A stretch of DNA of 64,000 bases from Armatimonadota bacterium (GTDB lineage: Bacteria; Armatimonadota; HRBIN16), in contig OY781964.1 in assembly GCA_963677485.1 (NCBI GenBank), forward strand, positions 1,344,001-1,408,000, written 5' to 3'. Positions 19,725 to 29,017 of this stretch are shown here, piece by piece. The translations under genes and the position numbers were made by a program. The notes under the pieces are model-generated. The model searched no databases and had not been told where the DNA came from. It saw only the letters and a list, made by a program, of their open reading frames with translations. Every line of letters begins with the position of its first letter. Position 1 is the stretch's first letter.

Positions 19725-20249
19725 GTGAATGACTTTGAGATATTCCGTGAAGTGCAATACTTCCCCCGATGGCTTTATTGGCTGCTCTGGCTCTCGCTCG
19801 GTCCAGGCTGTCTCATGTTAGTATACGGAATCTACCAGCAAATGGTGTTACATAAGCCATTTGGTGATAATCCCGGATCCAACATGATGCTGATCATGAC
19901 CTTTATCTTTGAATTCGGAATGCTGGTTCTACTGCTCAAACTGCGGCTGATCACCGTCGTGACCGATCAGGGACTAACCGTTCAGATGCGTCCCTTACAC
20001 CCTCGCCCAGTTCGCATCAAACTGACTGATGTGAAGACCGTGGATGTCATCACCTACAACGCGCTGAGTGACTTCGGTGGATGGGGCATCCGCTACGGAA
20101 CAGGTGGCAAAATCTACAATGCCCAGGGCAACCGCGCGGTTCGTCTCAGCTATGGTTCCGGCACGCATCTTTCGGTGGGCAGTCAACAACCCGAAGAGCT
20201 CTTGACGGCCATTCAAAAACTTTTAAAATCTGGAGTCCAAAATGGATAA
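19725..20249 (+). CDS. Two-TM membrane protein (DUF6141-like)
   Basis: GTG after GGAGG; FGGWGIRYG and GSQQPEEL motifs. Confidence 0.75.
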   Translation: MNDFEIFREVQYFPRWLYWLLWLSLGPGCLMLVYGIYQQMVLHKPFGDNPGSNMMLIMTFIFEFGMLVLLLKLRLITVVTDQGLTVQMRPLHPRPVRIKLTDVKTVDVITYNALSDFGGWGIRYGTGGKIYNAQGNRAVRLSYGSGTHLSVGSQQPEELLTAIQKLLKSGVQNG

Positions 20250-20787
20250 TCAACAAGCTAATTTTACCGAAAAACAGAGCTCATTGCTTAGGGTGTTCAC
20301 CAAAGGGGCATGGGTACAACAGGTCTCTATGGGCCTGATACTGGTCATCACCCTCTGGCTGGCGTGGAAAACCTTGTTGCAGGTCGTGCTGGGGCACGTG
20401 GATGCCAGCACGTTCAGCAACCAGATGCTGCTCACGCTGCTAGCGGTATACGTGTTAGGAATGTTCGTCTCATTCTCCATGCGGCTGATATTCACGGTTG
20501 ATGCCGATGGACTGGCCATCACCTGCCCTCCACTGATGTTCAAGCCCTTCCGAGTGGAGACCAAACAGATCAAGAGCCTGCAACTGTGCAGTTACAACGC
20601 TGCGAAAGAGTATGGCGGTTGGGGTATCCGGCGTGGAAACAACGGCCGATGTTTTACCATGGCTGGAACACGGGGCGTGATGATCAGCATGAAAGACGGT
20701 AATCACATCCTCGTCGGCAGCCAGAGGGCTGAGGAGCTCGAAATGGCCCTCTCCGTTCTGCTGCCCACCTCCCGCAAGCGGAAGTAG
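20242..20787 (+). CDS. Two-TM membrane protein (DUF6141-like), paralog of the upstream gene
   Basis: YGGWGIRRG and GSQRAEEL motifs. Confidence 0.75.
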   Translation: MDNQQANFTEKQSSLLRVFTKGAWVQQVSMGLILVITLWLAWKTLLQVVLGHVDASTFSNQMLLTLLAVYVLGMFVSFSMRLIFTVDADGLAITCPPLMFKPFRVETKQIKSLQLCSYNAAKEYGGWGIRRGNNGRCFTMAGTRGVMISMKDGNHILVGSQRAEELEMALSVLLPTSRKRK

Positions 20788-20859
20788 GCATCATTATTCA
20801 AGTTATTGGACAGATCCGTCCGATCTGCCCCATCAGCCCACCTTCGGTAAAATTAAACT

Positions 20860-21633
20860 ATGCTGAACTACATCGACTCGCACTGCCATCTGGGCAGCGA
20901 CCGCTTTGACGACGACCGTGACGGCCGCATCACCCTGGCGAAGGCGCTTGGGGTGACTCGCTGCATAGAGGTCGGCTCCGACCTGCCCTCATCGAAGTTC
21001 GCCATGAAGCTGGCTGAACAACACAAGGGGCTTTCGGCCGCGGTGGGCATACACCCTCACGAGGCATCCAGCCTCACCGCCGAAGTGTTTGAGGAGCTGG
21101 CCTGGCTCTGCACGCAGCCGGGTGCGGTGGCCGTGGGCGAAATCGGGCTGGACTACTATTACAACCACTCACCCCAGGATCAGCAACGTAAGGCGTTCGT
21201 GCAACAGCTTGAGCTGGCGCACAACTACGGTCTGCCTGTGGTGGTGCATTGCCGCGATGCCTGGCAAGAGGTGCTCGAGCTGATGCAGGCCTTCCCGCAC
21301 ATCAATGAAATATGCGGCGTGCTGCACTGCTTCACGGGCAACCTGGAGCAGGCGCAGCTCATGGTAGAGCGCGGCTGGTACCTGGGCGTGGGGGGTATCA
21401 TCACCTTCAATAACGCGCAACCACTTCGCGATGTGGTGCAGCAGATCGATCTGGCCCATCTGCTGCTTGAAACTGACTCGCCCTACCTGGCGCCAGTCCC
21501 CCACCGCGGTAAGCCCAACGCCCCGCAGTATATTCCCGTCATCGCCGCCGCACTGGCGAAACTGAAAGGCGTCAGCCTTGAGGAAGTCGCCGAAGTCACC
21601 ACCCTCAACGCGGAGCGGTTATTCGGGGTGTGA
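20860..21633 (+). CDS. tatD: TatD-family hydrolase
   Basis: DSHCH, GIHPH, GEIGLDY, HCF, LLETDSPYLAP. Confidence 0.95.
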   Translation: MLNYIDSHCHLGSDRFDDDRDGRITLAKALGVTRCIEVGSDLPSSKFAMKLAEQHKGLSAAVGIHPHEASSLTAEVFEELAWLCTQPGAVAVGEIGLDYYYNHSPQDQQRKAFVQQLELAHNYGLPVVVHCRDAWQEVLELMQAFPHINEICGVLHCFTGNLEQAQLMVERGWYLGVGGIITFNNAQPLRDVVQQIDLAHLLLETDSPYLAPVPHRGKPNAPQYIPVIAAALAKLKGVSLEEVAEVTTLNAERLFGV

Positions 21634-21667
21634 CCCGCAAAGGAACTAGTCAGCCTTGAATGACTGT

Positions 21668-21734
21668 GTCCGGGGCGGTCTGTCAGTACGATAGCGATAG
21701 CAGATAACTATAGACCGCGCCGGTCTGGCGGATA
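21668..21734. repeat. 67-bp dispersed hairpin repeat (inverted copy at 42428-42494)
   Basis: GTCCGGGGCGGTCTGT...AGACCGCGCCGGTCTGGCGGATA shared by both copies. Confidence 0.7.
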
Positions 21735-22067
21735 ACCGAACCCGTCGACACAGGCCATTGGCGCAGGACGCGGTGATCAGCCCCGATGCCGCGGGTTTAG
21801 TCACCCCACGGGACTGGCGTCCCTATACGGGGTTCCCTCACCGCGCGTCTAACTATTTGCAGCCCGCGAGCGGGCGCAGGGTACCCACCGCCAGCGCCCG
21901 CTGGAGCGAAGCGACGCGGGCAGCCATCTGATCAGCGACGGGTGATGGAGCCCCCTGGGGCGATGGAACCCGTCGACACGGGCCGCTGGTCAACATCTAT
22001 CCTTGGCGCATAGACACCCTGCCACACATCGGGCACCACGAATGACCAGTACCAAGACATGACCGCT

Positions 22068-24812
22068 TTACGCAATAATGATAGAAACCCCCGCCACGCC
22101 CCAGTCGGCGGGCAGGAACAACAGATTTCCGCTGGTGCTGCTCAGGCGGAGCGTCAGCGTATGGTCACCTGCCGCAAGACCGCTCACGTCGAACCGGTAG
22201 GGTGGGGTGACGCGCTTGCCCAGCGACTGACCGTCCACTAGCAGCTCCAGGCAGTCGTGTTTGAGCAGTTCCACATCGAAACCCACGGTCTGGTTGGCCT
22301 GCGGCTCGGAAAGCGAGAAGCGGCCCTCCAAGCCCATCACGCCCATGTACTGCTCCCATCCCTGCTGCATCAGGTTGATCGGCAGGTGCTGAGGGGTGAA
22401 GTTTTCGGCTGTGATGACGCAGTCCACCAGCCGGAAGTCGCCCATCAAGCAGACATCGCATGAGGGCATTACGTCCGCCTCGAAGAAGGCGTCGTTGTGG
22501 ACACTGGTTTCGAACTGCGGATACTCCAACCGCGCCGTCACCTGGTTGGTGCCCACTTTGACCAGACCTAGAATGTCCACGCAGCCCAGCCTGTCCCAAA
22601 CGATCGCCTCTTGTGCCTGCGAAAGATACACACTCTGGCCATTGACGGTCAGGGAGCGCAGATACTCGGTCTCAAACAGCATCCCCAACTGAGTTGGCAG
22701 GCTCTGGCACTCAAACTGAGCACGCATCTCAAAGTGGGTCTCGCCGCGCAGGACGGCAGGGATGCCGGTGCAGTTTCGGGGTAGTTCTGGTATGAACGGG
22801 TCCATACTGGTGGCTGCGATCCAGCCTTCTTGGCCTCTGAACTCCATGTCGGACAGGGTGGCGGTGTTGGCGGTCTCCGGCGTCACACTCCACATCACAT
22901 CCAGAGGCTTCTGATGGCCCAATACGGGCTGAGCTGAGCTGGGCACGGCGGATGAAGTGAGGCTGAGGTATAGACAGCCCTGTGGGGCCATACAGTGCGC
23001 TTCTACGCCCTCCACAGCATACACAGCACCCGACAACGGCTCCCAGCGTGCCATATGCTGGCTTGAGCTGATGTTCACCGACACCGCTTCGGATGTGGTG
23101 TTGCGCAAGGCGAACAACTCACCATCACCGAACTCGTAGCGGGTCACCCGGATGGAACCAGCGGGTGCGTCGGTCTGCAGTGTCAGTCGCTCTGCCCAGC
23201 AGGACTTCTCTGAGGTGATATGTTGGATGATCTGAGCCGCAGGCTGGCGAAGAATCTGCGCGTTTTGTTTCTCCAGTCCGTCCAGCACCGCATCAGTGGC
23301 CTCGAAATATCTGAAATCTGAGGGGGCAATCAGCGCATCATATTCTGCATAAGGGAACTTGATGTGTCCGTCGCACAGCTCAGCCTGTCCCACCATCTCC
23401 GGGAACACAAACTCATAGCTTTCGCCTGCCTCATAGATCGCCCGACATACCTCCTCGGTCAGCGGCATCACCGGTTCCCCAGGCAAGCCAAAGCCGTTCT
23501 GGAAGGGGTTGTTCTGCTCCAGTTGATACTGCGGGTAGAGGACGGCGTAGCGGGCCTGGTGCTGGCCCAGCGAGGGCAGTGCGATGGAACGTGCGAAGGC
23601 ATCGCGGAACTGCGGAAAGAACTCCCACCAGGGGCAGCTTTGGAACAGCGGCGGCCAGTAGGTGCGCTTTCGTACACCGGTCAAGCCCTGATGGAAGCCC
23701 ATCAGCGCGATGTCGTTGATGCCGTAGATGCCGAACATCTGCGCCCGCTGCAGCATATCGGAGAGCCGCAGGTCATATCGCGAGATACCGAACGCCTCGC
23801 AATATACCCGGTCATGCCCGGAATGCCGTGCGATGCTGGGCACCAGCACCTCCTCCATGAACACATGTTCAGGATCGGGCATCATACCCAGGTAGTCGAT
23901 GCCCGGCTCATCCATCAGCGACAGGCACTGGTAGGCACTGCCGGCAAACTTCACCTGCATCAAGAACGCATTCTCCCCCAGATGGCCCGTATACCCCACC
24001 CCGTGAGCGTGGCACCAGTCCGACATCTGGGCGTGGTAGGCCTCCACATGCATCTGCTTCACCACGGCCCAGTAATCCTGGCGGAATTGGCATGGGGCCG
24101 GATCGGTCAGCTCCACATAATGGGCCTGTATGTCGTAGCCATGCATCTTCTCAAACCGCGCAGGCAGCTCGGGTGTCCAGGGCAGTCCGATGGTGTTCCA
24201 GCAGCCCTCCAGCCTCTTCTCGTTGATCACCATTGTGGTGGGCTCATCGGTGAAGAAGCCGCGCACCACCTCATGGAACAGCTCGCCACACTCTTCGTAG
24301 ATTCGCTGGTGGTTCATCTGGATAAAGCAGTTCACCGCGTCGACGGATAGTGTGTCCAGATAGCCGATCTCGTTTTGTGTCCATGGGGCACCAAGCGTGT
24401 TATCAAGCTGCACATCGGGATGAGAGGGCACTGCGGTCACGGCTCCGTGCTCATCCTTGTCGAACTTCAGGAACCAGCCGTTAAACTCCGGGTGCTCGCG
24501 CAGCAGGAAACCGCCAGCCACCCCGCTGGGCCACCCAAACTCGTCATACACCCACACCTTCAGACCGTGCTTCTTAGCAAGTGTCAGCGCATGCCGATAC
24601 CGCTCGAAGAACTCGTCGGACAGGTATGGGATGGTCATACCGTGTACGGGGTGGATCAGGAACTCCCGCAACCCGCTCGCGGCCATTTCAGCCACCACTT
24701 CGTCCATACGGGTATGGTTCATGTCGGCATTCCAGAACCAGAAGGCGCTGGGTCGGTAAGGTTGGCTCATCTCCAACCAGTTTTCGGCAAGGGTGTGCAG
24801 AGAGTTACTCAT
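22068..24812 (-). CDS. Glycoside hydrolase, GH106/alpha-L-rhamnosidase-like
   Basis: AFWFWN, YDEFGWPSG, GFFTDEP, PGIDYL; ATG 24812 after AGGAG. Confidence 0.75.
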   Translation of the reverse strand: MSNSLHTLAENWLEMSQPYRPSAFWFWNADMNHTRMDEVVAEMAASGLREFLIHPVHGMTIPYLSDEFFERYRHALTLAKKHGLKVWVYDEFGWPSGVAGGFLLREHPEFNGWFLKFDKDEHGAVTAVPSHPDVQLDNTLGAPWTQNEIGYLDTLSVDAVNCFIQMNHQRIYEECGELFHEVVRGFFTDEPTTMVINEKRLEGCWNTIGLPWTPELPARFEKMHGYDIQAHYVELTDPAPCQFRQDYWAVVKQMHVEAYHAQMSDWCHAHGVGYTGHLGENAFLMQVKFAGSAYQCLSLMDEPGIDYLGMMPDPEHVFMEEVLVPSIARHSGHDRVYCEAFGISRYDLRLSDMLQRAQMFGIYGINDIALMGFHQGLTGVRKRTYWPPLFQSCPWWEFFPQFRDAFARSIALPSLGQHQARYAVLYPQYQLEQNNPFQNGFGLPGEPVMPLTEEVCRAIYEAGESYEFVFPEMVGQAELCDGHIKFPYAEYDALIAPSDFRYFEATDAVLDGLEKQNAQILRQPAAQIIQHITSEKSCWAERLTLQTDAPAGSIRVTRYEFGDGELFALRNTTSEAVSVNISSSQHMARWEPLSGAVYAVEGVEAHCMAPQGCLYLSLTSSAVPSSAQPVLGHQKPLDVMWSVTPETANTATLSDMEFRGQEGWIAATSMDPFIPELPRNCTGIPAVLRGETHFEMRAQFECQSLPTQLGMLFETEYLRSLTVNGQSVYLSQAQEAIVWDRLGCVDILGLVKVGTNQVTARLEYPQFETSVHNDAFFEADVMPSCDVCLMGDFRLVDCVITAENFTPQHLPINLMQQGWEQYMGVMGLEGRFSLSEPQANQTVGFDVELLKHDCLELLVDGQSLGKRVTPPYRFDVSGLAAGDHTLTLRLSSTSGNLLFLPADWGVAGVSIIIA

Positions 24813-24881
24813 GATGTCTCCTGAATGATGAACGTATCGGTAATATTTAACCACAACCGCAGTCTTCTGGGCAGACGCACG

Positions 24882-25195
24882 AAGGGCGGTTCTCGAACCG
24901 CCACGACACGCCAGACCGCGCCAGGGATTTGTCTGAACCACGGATTACACGGATGGGATCGGATAGGTTCGGATGGGAAGGGAGGCCAATCAGGAGATTG
25001 GCGTTCCCAGGGGAATTCCCCCTCTGCGTCCTTGCATCCTTGCGCCTTTGCGTTGGTTGATCGCACCTTTCGTGCCGATAACCAAATCTGCGCAATCTGC
25101 GTCATCTGTGGATTTAAATCCCTTGGTGCCTCATGCCATCAGCTACGGAAATGGCCTTTCCTCGACGCAAGAAGGGCGGTTCGCGAACCGCCCCT
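24882..25195. repeat. Mosaic of REP-like hairpins and short-period repeats
   Basis: AAGGGCGGTTC(T/G)CGAACCGCC twice, GCCAATCAGGAGATTGGC, and ACCACGGATTACACGGAT also seen near 35600. Confidence 0.7.
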
Positions 25196-25209
25196 AGTAC
25201 GCTATATAT

Positions 25210-25410
25210 GGTGAGCTCCCCGGACACCAAAAGCAGTCGGGGAGCTAATCTCACCCCTTAGCTGGGGGTGAAGGAGAAGGATTGGATGCCGGAACCGCCC
25301 CTGGTGGAAAACACCGTGACGTAGATAGGCATCCTTCTCCCAATCAACCCATATCGAACAGTATCTTGGGAGAAAACCCCGTGTTCGCTAGGCTGATTTG
25401 GTTGATTGCA
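25210..25410 (+). ncRNA. Predicted IS110 bridge RNA (ends approximate)
   Basis: 5' hairpin plus two stem-closed internal loops whose guide segments match the target and donor junction sequences. Confidence 0.85.
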
Positions 25411-25441
25411 CCATCAATCACTACCAACTGGAGATTACCAC

Positions 25442-26718
25442 ATGCACGAAGTTGAAGACAAAATCTACATCCATTATGTCGGGATCGACATCTCGAAATT
25501 GACGTTTGACGCGTCTGTATTAGGTTCATCGCACAAGCCGATAGACCATAAGGAGTTCAAGAACAACAAGGCCGGATACAAGGAGTTGTTGTCATGGGTG
25601 AAGAAGCTTACCCGAACTCCCGCCTTGTATGCGGCTGAAGCCACCGGGCCTTACAGCCGACCGCTGCTTGATTACCTCTACGAGCACCAGCACGATGCTG
25701 TCCAACTGGAGCCAAAACGGGTTCTCTATCACCGCAAAGCCAAAGGCTGGGAACAAAAGACGGACTGCTCTGACAGCGTGCTAATCGCTGACTATGTGAA
25801 AAGTCACAATGTCTCACTCTATGTCCCTCGTCTAGCATGCTATGATGCGCTTATTGGTTACACCAATGACCGCCGTATGAGGCGATCGCCCAGCGCCAAA
25901 GCTGTCGGCTTACGCGGAGCACAGTGCTGGACGAGATGATCGCTTTTCATGACATGGGCATCAAAAAGCTTGATGTTCAGATCAAAGAGCTTGTGATGAG
26001 TTCACCGCAGATGACCGAAGATATGGCTCTGCTGAAGAGCATTCCGGGTATCGGCGACGTCACAGCAAGCTATTTCCTTGCGAAAATCGGTGATGCTAAA
26101 CGATTTGAAACATCGAAAGCGGTCGCGCGCTATTTCGGAATGAACCCCTGCCCGCAACGGTCAGGAAGCTGCAAGACATACGACGGCTCCATATCCAAGA
26201 TGGGTGACCGATATATGCGGACATTACTCTACTGTGGATCGAGCACTGTGGTGAAGATGGTCAACGGTAAGTCGAAAAAGCTTGGCCAGAGCATGCACGA
26301 CTTCGTGAAGGAACTGCAGCATCCGAATTTGGTAAAGAATCCCAATAAGAAACCGAAGTCCAAGCGAGTTGTCCGGTGCGCAATCATGCGCAAGCAGCTG
26401 GTGCTCATGTGGTCGGTATTAATCAGCCGTCAGCCATATGATCCAAACTTCGGCATCGAACAAGCTTCAAATGCGGCCAACCAGCAACCGCTGACCGACG
26501 CGAACGGACATGTCCAGGATCGTGCCGGAGCGGCCCATGATATAGCCGGTGTAGGCAATGATCCTGGGCTGGACGTGAGCGTTCCAAGACGGGGATGCGT
26601 GGATGGAAATCCCACCAATGAGCCCACTCCTGCCGGCGGTGGTCGGCCCGCATCCCGAAACCGGCCATCGCGCAGTCGGGTGGGCAACAAACCGAGGGTT
26701 CTGACACCAGTATCCTAG
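25442..26718 (+). pseudogene. IS110 recombinase split by a frameshift near 25878
   Basis: Frame 1 has GIDISK, EATG, KTDCSD (DEDD). The -1 frame has SIPGIG, YFGMNP..RSGS, ISKMGD. Confidence 0.85.
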
Positions 26719-27073
26719 CTGCGGCAGTCTGCCGATAGCACGCATCGAAGCATAACGATATCTTTCGAAGCCACGAAGATGTCGCACGTCCGTTCGCGAC
26801 TCCGAGCGTCATGTGAGGTGCTACGGACCAACTGATGCCATCTGAGCCTGTTTCTGTCGCGGATCCAGGTTTGGTCTATATGCCACAAACATCACATTAA
26901 CGTTATTCTACGTGGTCTAGAGCCAGTGTCTGATATTCAGGTCCAAATCCCCAGATTTGCCCCTGGGGACTTGACAAAAGCCACAGTATCTACGAATATA
27001 TGCGGTGAGATCGGGTTTTGGGGGCGATGTGTAGGGGCGTTTCGAGAAACGCCCTTCCCATGCTGCCGACGGT

Positions 27074-28984
27074 TTAGTCTCCCCGCACGGACACAATCCG
27101 AAAGGTGCCGGACTCCACGCTCAGGCTGACCTCGCCGCCCACCAAAGGCATCGCCAGCTCAGGATGCAGCTCATCCTGGCAGCGCAGCGGATTTCGCTCC
27201 GTTATGCCCATCCCACGACGGTGGAAGCTCAAGGCCGTCGTGACCCTGCTGCTGCCCAGATTCGCCACGATGAACAGGGCCCGATGTCCCTTCACCAGAT
27301 AGGCGCTGATCTTGATATTCTCCGTGTTAGAGGAATGGATCAGCTCCTGTGTCTTCCAGTACGGCACCCAGACTGCACCGGTCATCCCGAAAGATCCGAA
27401 GGCTTTCCAGATGTCCGACTGGTGCTCAGGATGCCATATCATCATCACATCGTAGAGTATGGCCAGACTGCGCGCCCGTTCGCGTTCGACCGCATTTCCA
27501 GATATCGGCAATTGGGTGGCGGGTATACCGAAGTTGTGCCCGTGCATCTCTGCACGGAACACATCCTCAGGGTATTCGGGAGTGCCCAGCTTCATCATCG
27601 ACAGCAGATGCTCGCCATCAACGTAGAAATCTGCGAACGAGAGGGCAGGCAGTAGCACGCTAGCCGAGGTGTGGCAGAACAAGATGCCTGGCTTTGCTTG
27701 ATCCTTGACCAGACGATACAGCCCCTTCATCAGCTCCCGCGTGCGCCAGATGGCCATCGTGGGGTGGATTGTGCCATCTTTGCCCCGATACCCGCAACCG
27801 TGCCGGGTGTTAACACACGGCAACGGACAGCTCAAACCGTCGGTGTAAATGCCCCCAAAGCCGTATTCGGCGACTGCCGCGGTGTATTGCTTCAACAGCA
27901 GCTCGGGATAGGGCGTGGCGTTACACACGATACGGCAGATGTCCTGGTTGTCGGGCCTTTGGTACTGGTAGTGATCGCCTATCGGCAGAGAATCCCATCG
28001 GCTCGAATATTCTGGCGATCGAGTGGACATATAGCACCCGGTATAGGGCACAAGCCGCATCCCCTTGGCTCTACAGGCCGCAATCAATGTCCGCAGCTCT
28101 TGAGGGTCTTTCGGCCTGGGCAGGCTCTGCTGGTCGGACCAAGACTCGTGAAACCCCAGATAGTTCACGCCCAGACCAGCCAGCACGTCCAGATAGGCGG
28201 GTTGAGTGGCAGGATCAGGGCTCTTCTCGATGCCGTATCCGCCCATATGGCAATAGCGCATTTGGTAGTAGTCGGCGGGCCACGGCTTCACCGGGGTGGC
28301 CATAAACCCAAAGCACCACTCCCAGTCACCGGTCAACCGATGACGGCTCAGCAGGTTCATCCTGAGGGTCGTCACATTGCAGTCTGGTAGCACCGTGATG
28401 GCACTCTCTGGGTCAGCAGGCGACCAGGGTTCATCGCTTTCGGAAAAGAACTGGATTCCCCTGTCGTCACTGCCCAGCCAAAGATGGTGAACAAACGGCA
28501 GCTTCATCCCCTCAGGCTTGACCGCACCGGCGTTGATGCGCTTTTTGGGCCAGTCCCACACATGAGTCGGGTAGACGGAAGCATGATGGAAATACGAGGC
28601 GTCGCTCCGCTTCAGAGGAATCACCAGATCCAGCGAATCCAGGCTGAGCTCTTTGCCTGCCGAGAGTTTCATGTCGATCCTGGTCATACCATCAAATTCG
28701 GTGGTGATTCGGCAGGTAACGGACAGCTCACGGCTGCTAGCATGGGTCACATACTGCACTGACTCCCTGTCGGAGCTCATTTCTTTGAATTTGATGTTGC
28801 TCCACCGCAGCCTCTTTCCAGCGGTGATGGCGACCAACTGCATCGGCCCAGCAAGGATGTTCTTCTTCTGCGAGATGACTTTCGCCGGAAGCAGCGACAG
28901 GTTGTAGTCGTAAACCCGCCCCCAGCAGTGAACCGACTGCCCCCGTATGACAGGGATGCTCCACGGTGAGATCGTTGCTGCCAT
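27074..28984 (-). CDS. Putative glycoside hydrolase-like protein (DUF6067-like)
   Basis: GGIYTDG, EFDGM and ATPVKP motifs; lies in the carbohydrate gene cluster. Confidence 0.55.
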   Translation of the reverse strand: MAATISPWSIPVIRGQSVHCWGRVYDYNLSLLPAKVISQKKNILAGPMQLVAITAGKRLRWSNIKFKEMSSDRESVQYVTHASSRELSVTCRITTEFDGMTRIDMKLSAGKELSLDSLDLVIPLKRSDASYFHHASVYPTHVWDWPKKRINAGAVKPEGMKLPFVHHLWLGSDDRGIQFFSESDEPWSPADPESAITVLPDCNVTTLRMNLLSRHRLTGDWEWCFGFMATPVKPWPADYYQMRYCHMGGYGIEKSPDPATQPAYLDVLAGLGVNYLGFHESWSDQQSLPRPKDPQELRTLIAACRAKGMRLVPYTGCYMSTRSPEYSSRWDSLPIGDHYQYQRPDNQDICRIVCNATPYPELLLKQYTAAVAEYGFGGIYTDGLSCPLPCVNTRHGCGYRGKDGTIHPTMAIWRTRELMKGLYRLVKDQAKPGILFCHTSASVLLPALSFADFYVDGEHLLSMMKLGTPEYPEDVFRAEMHGHNFGIPATQLPISGNAVERERARSLAILYDVMMIWHPEHQSDIWKAFGSFGMTGAVWVPYWKTQELIHSSNTENIKISAYLVKGHRALFIVANLGSSRVTTALSFHRRGMGITERNPLRCQDELHPELAMPLVGGEVSLSVESGTFRIVSVRGD

Positions 28985-29017
28985 GACTTAGCTCATCATC
29001 CTTCGCATCGCCTGGTG

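Larger units (their letters stand above)
25196..26991 (+). mobile_element. IS110-family insertion sequence (IS621-like, CT core)
   Basis: DEDD transposase, CT at both junctions (25194-25195 and 26990-26991), no terminal IRs; removing it restores a REP ending ...GAACCGCCCCTACG. Confidence 0.9.
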
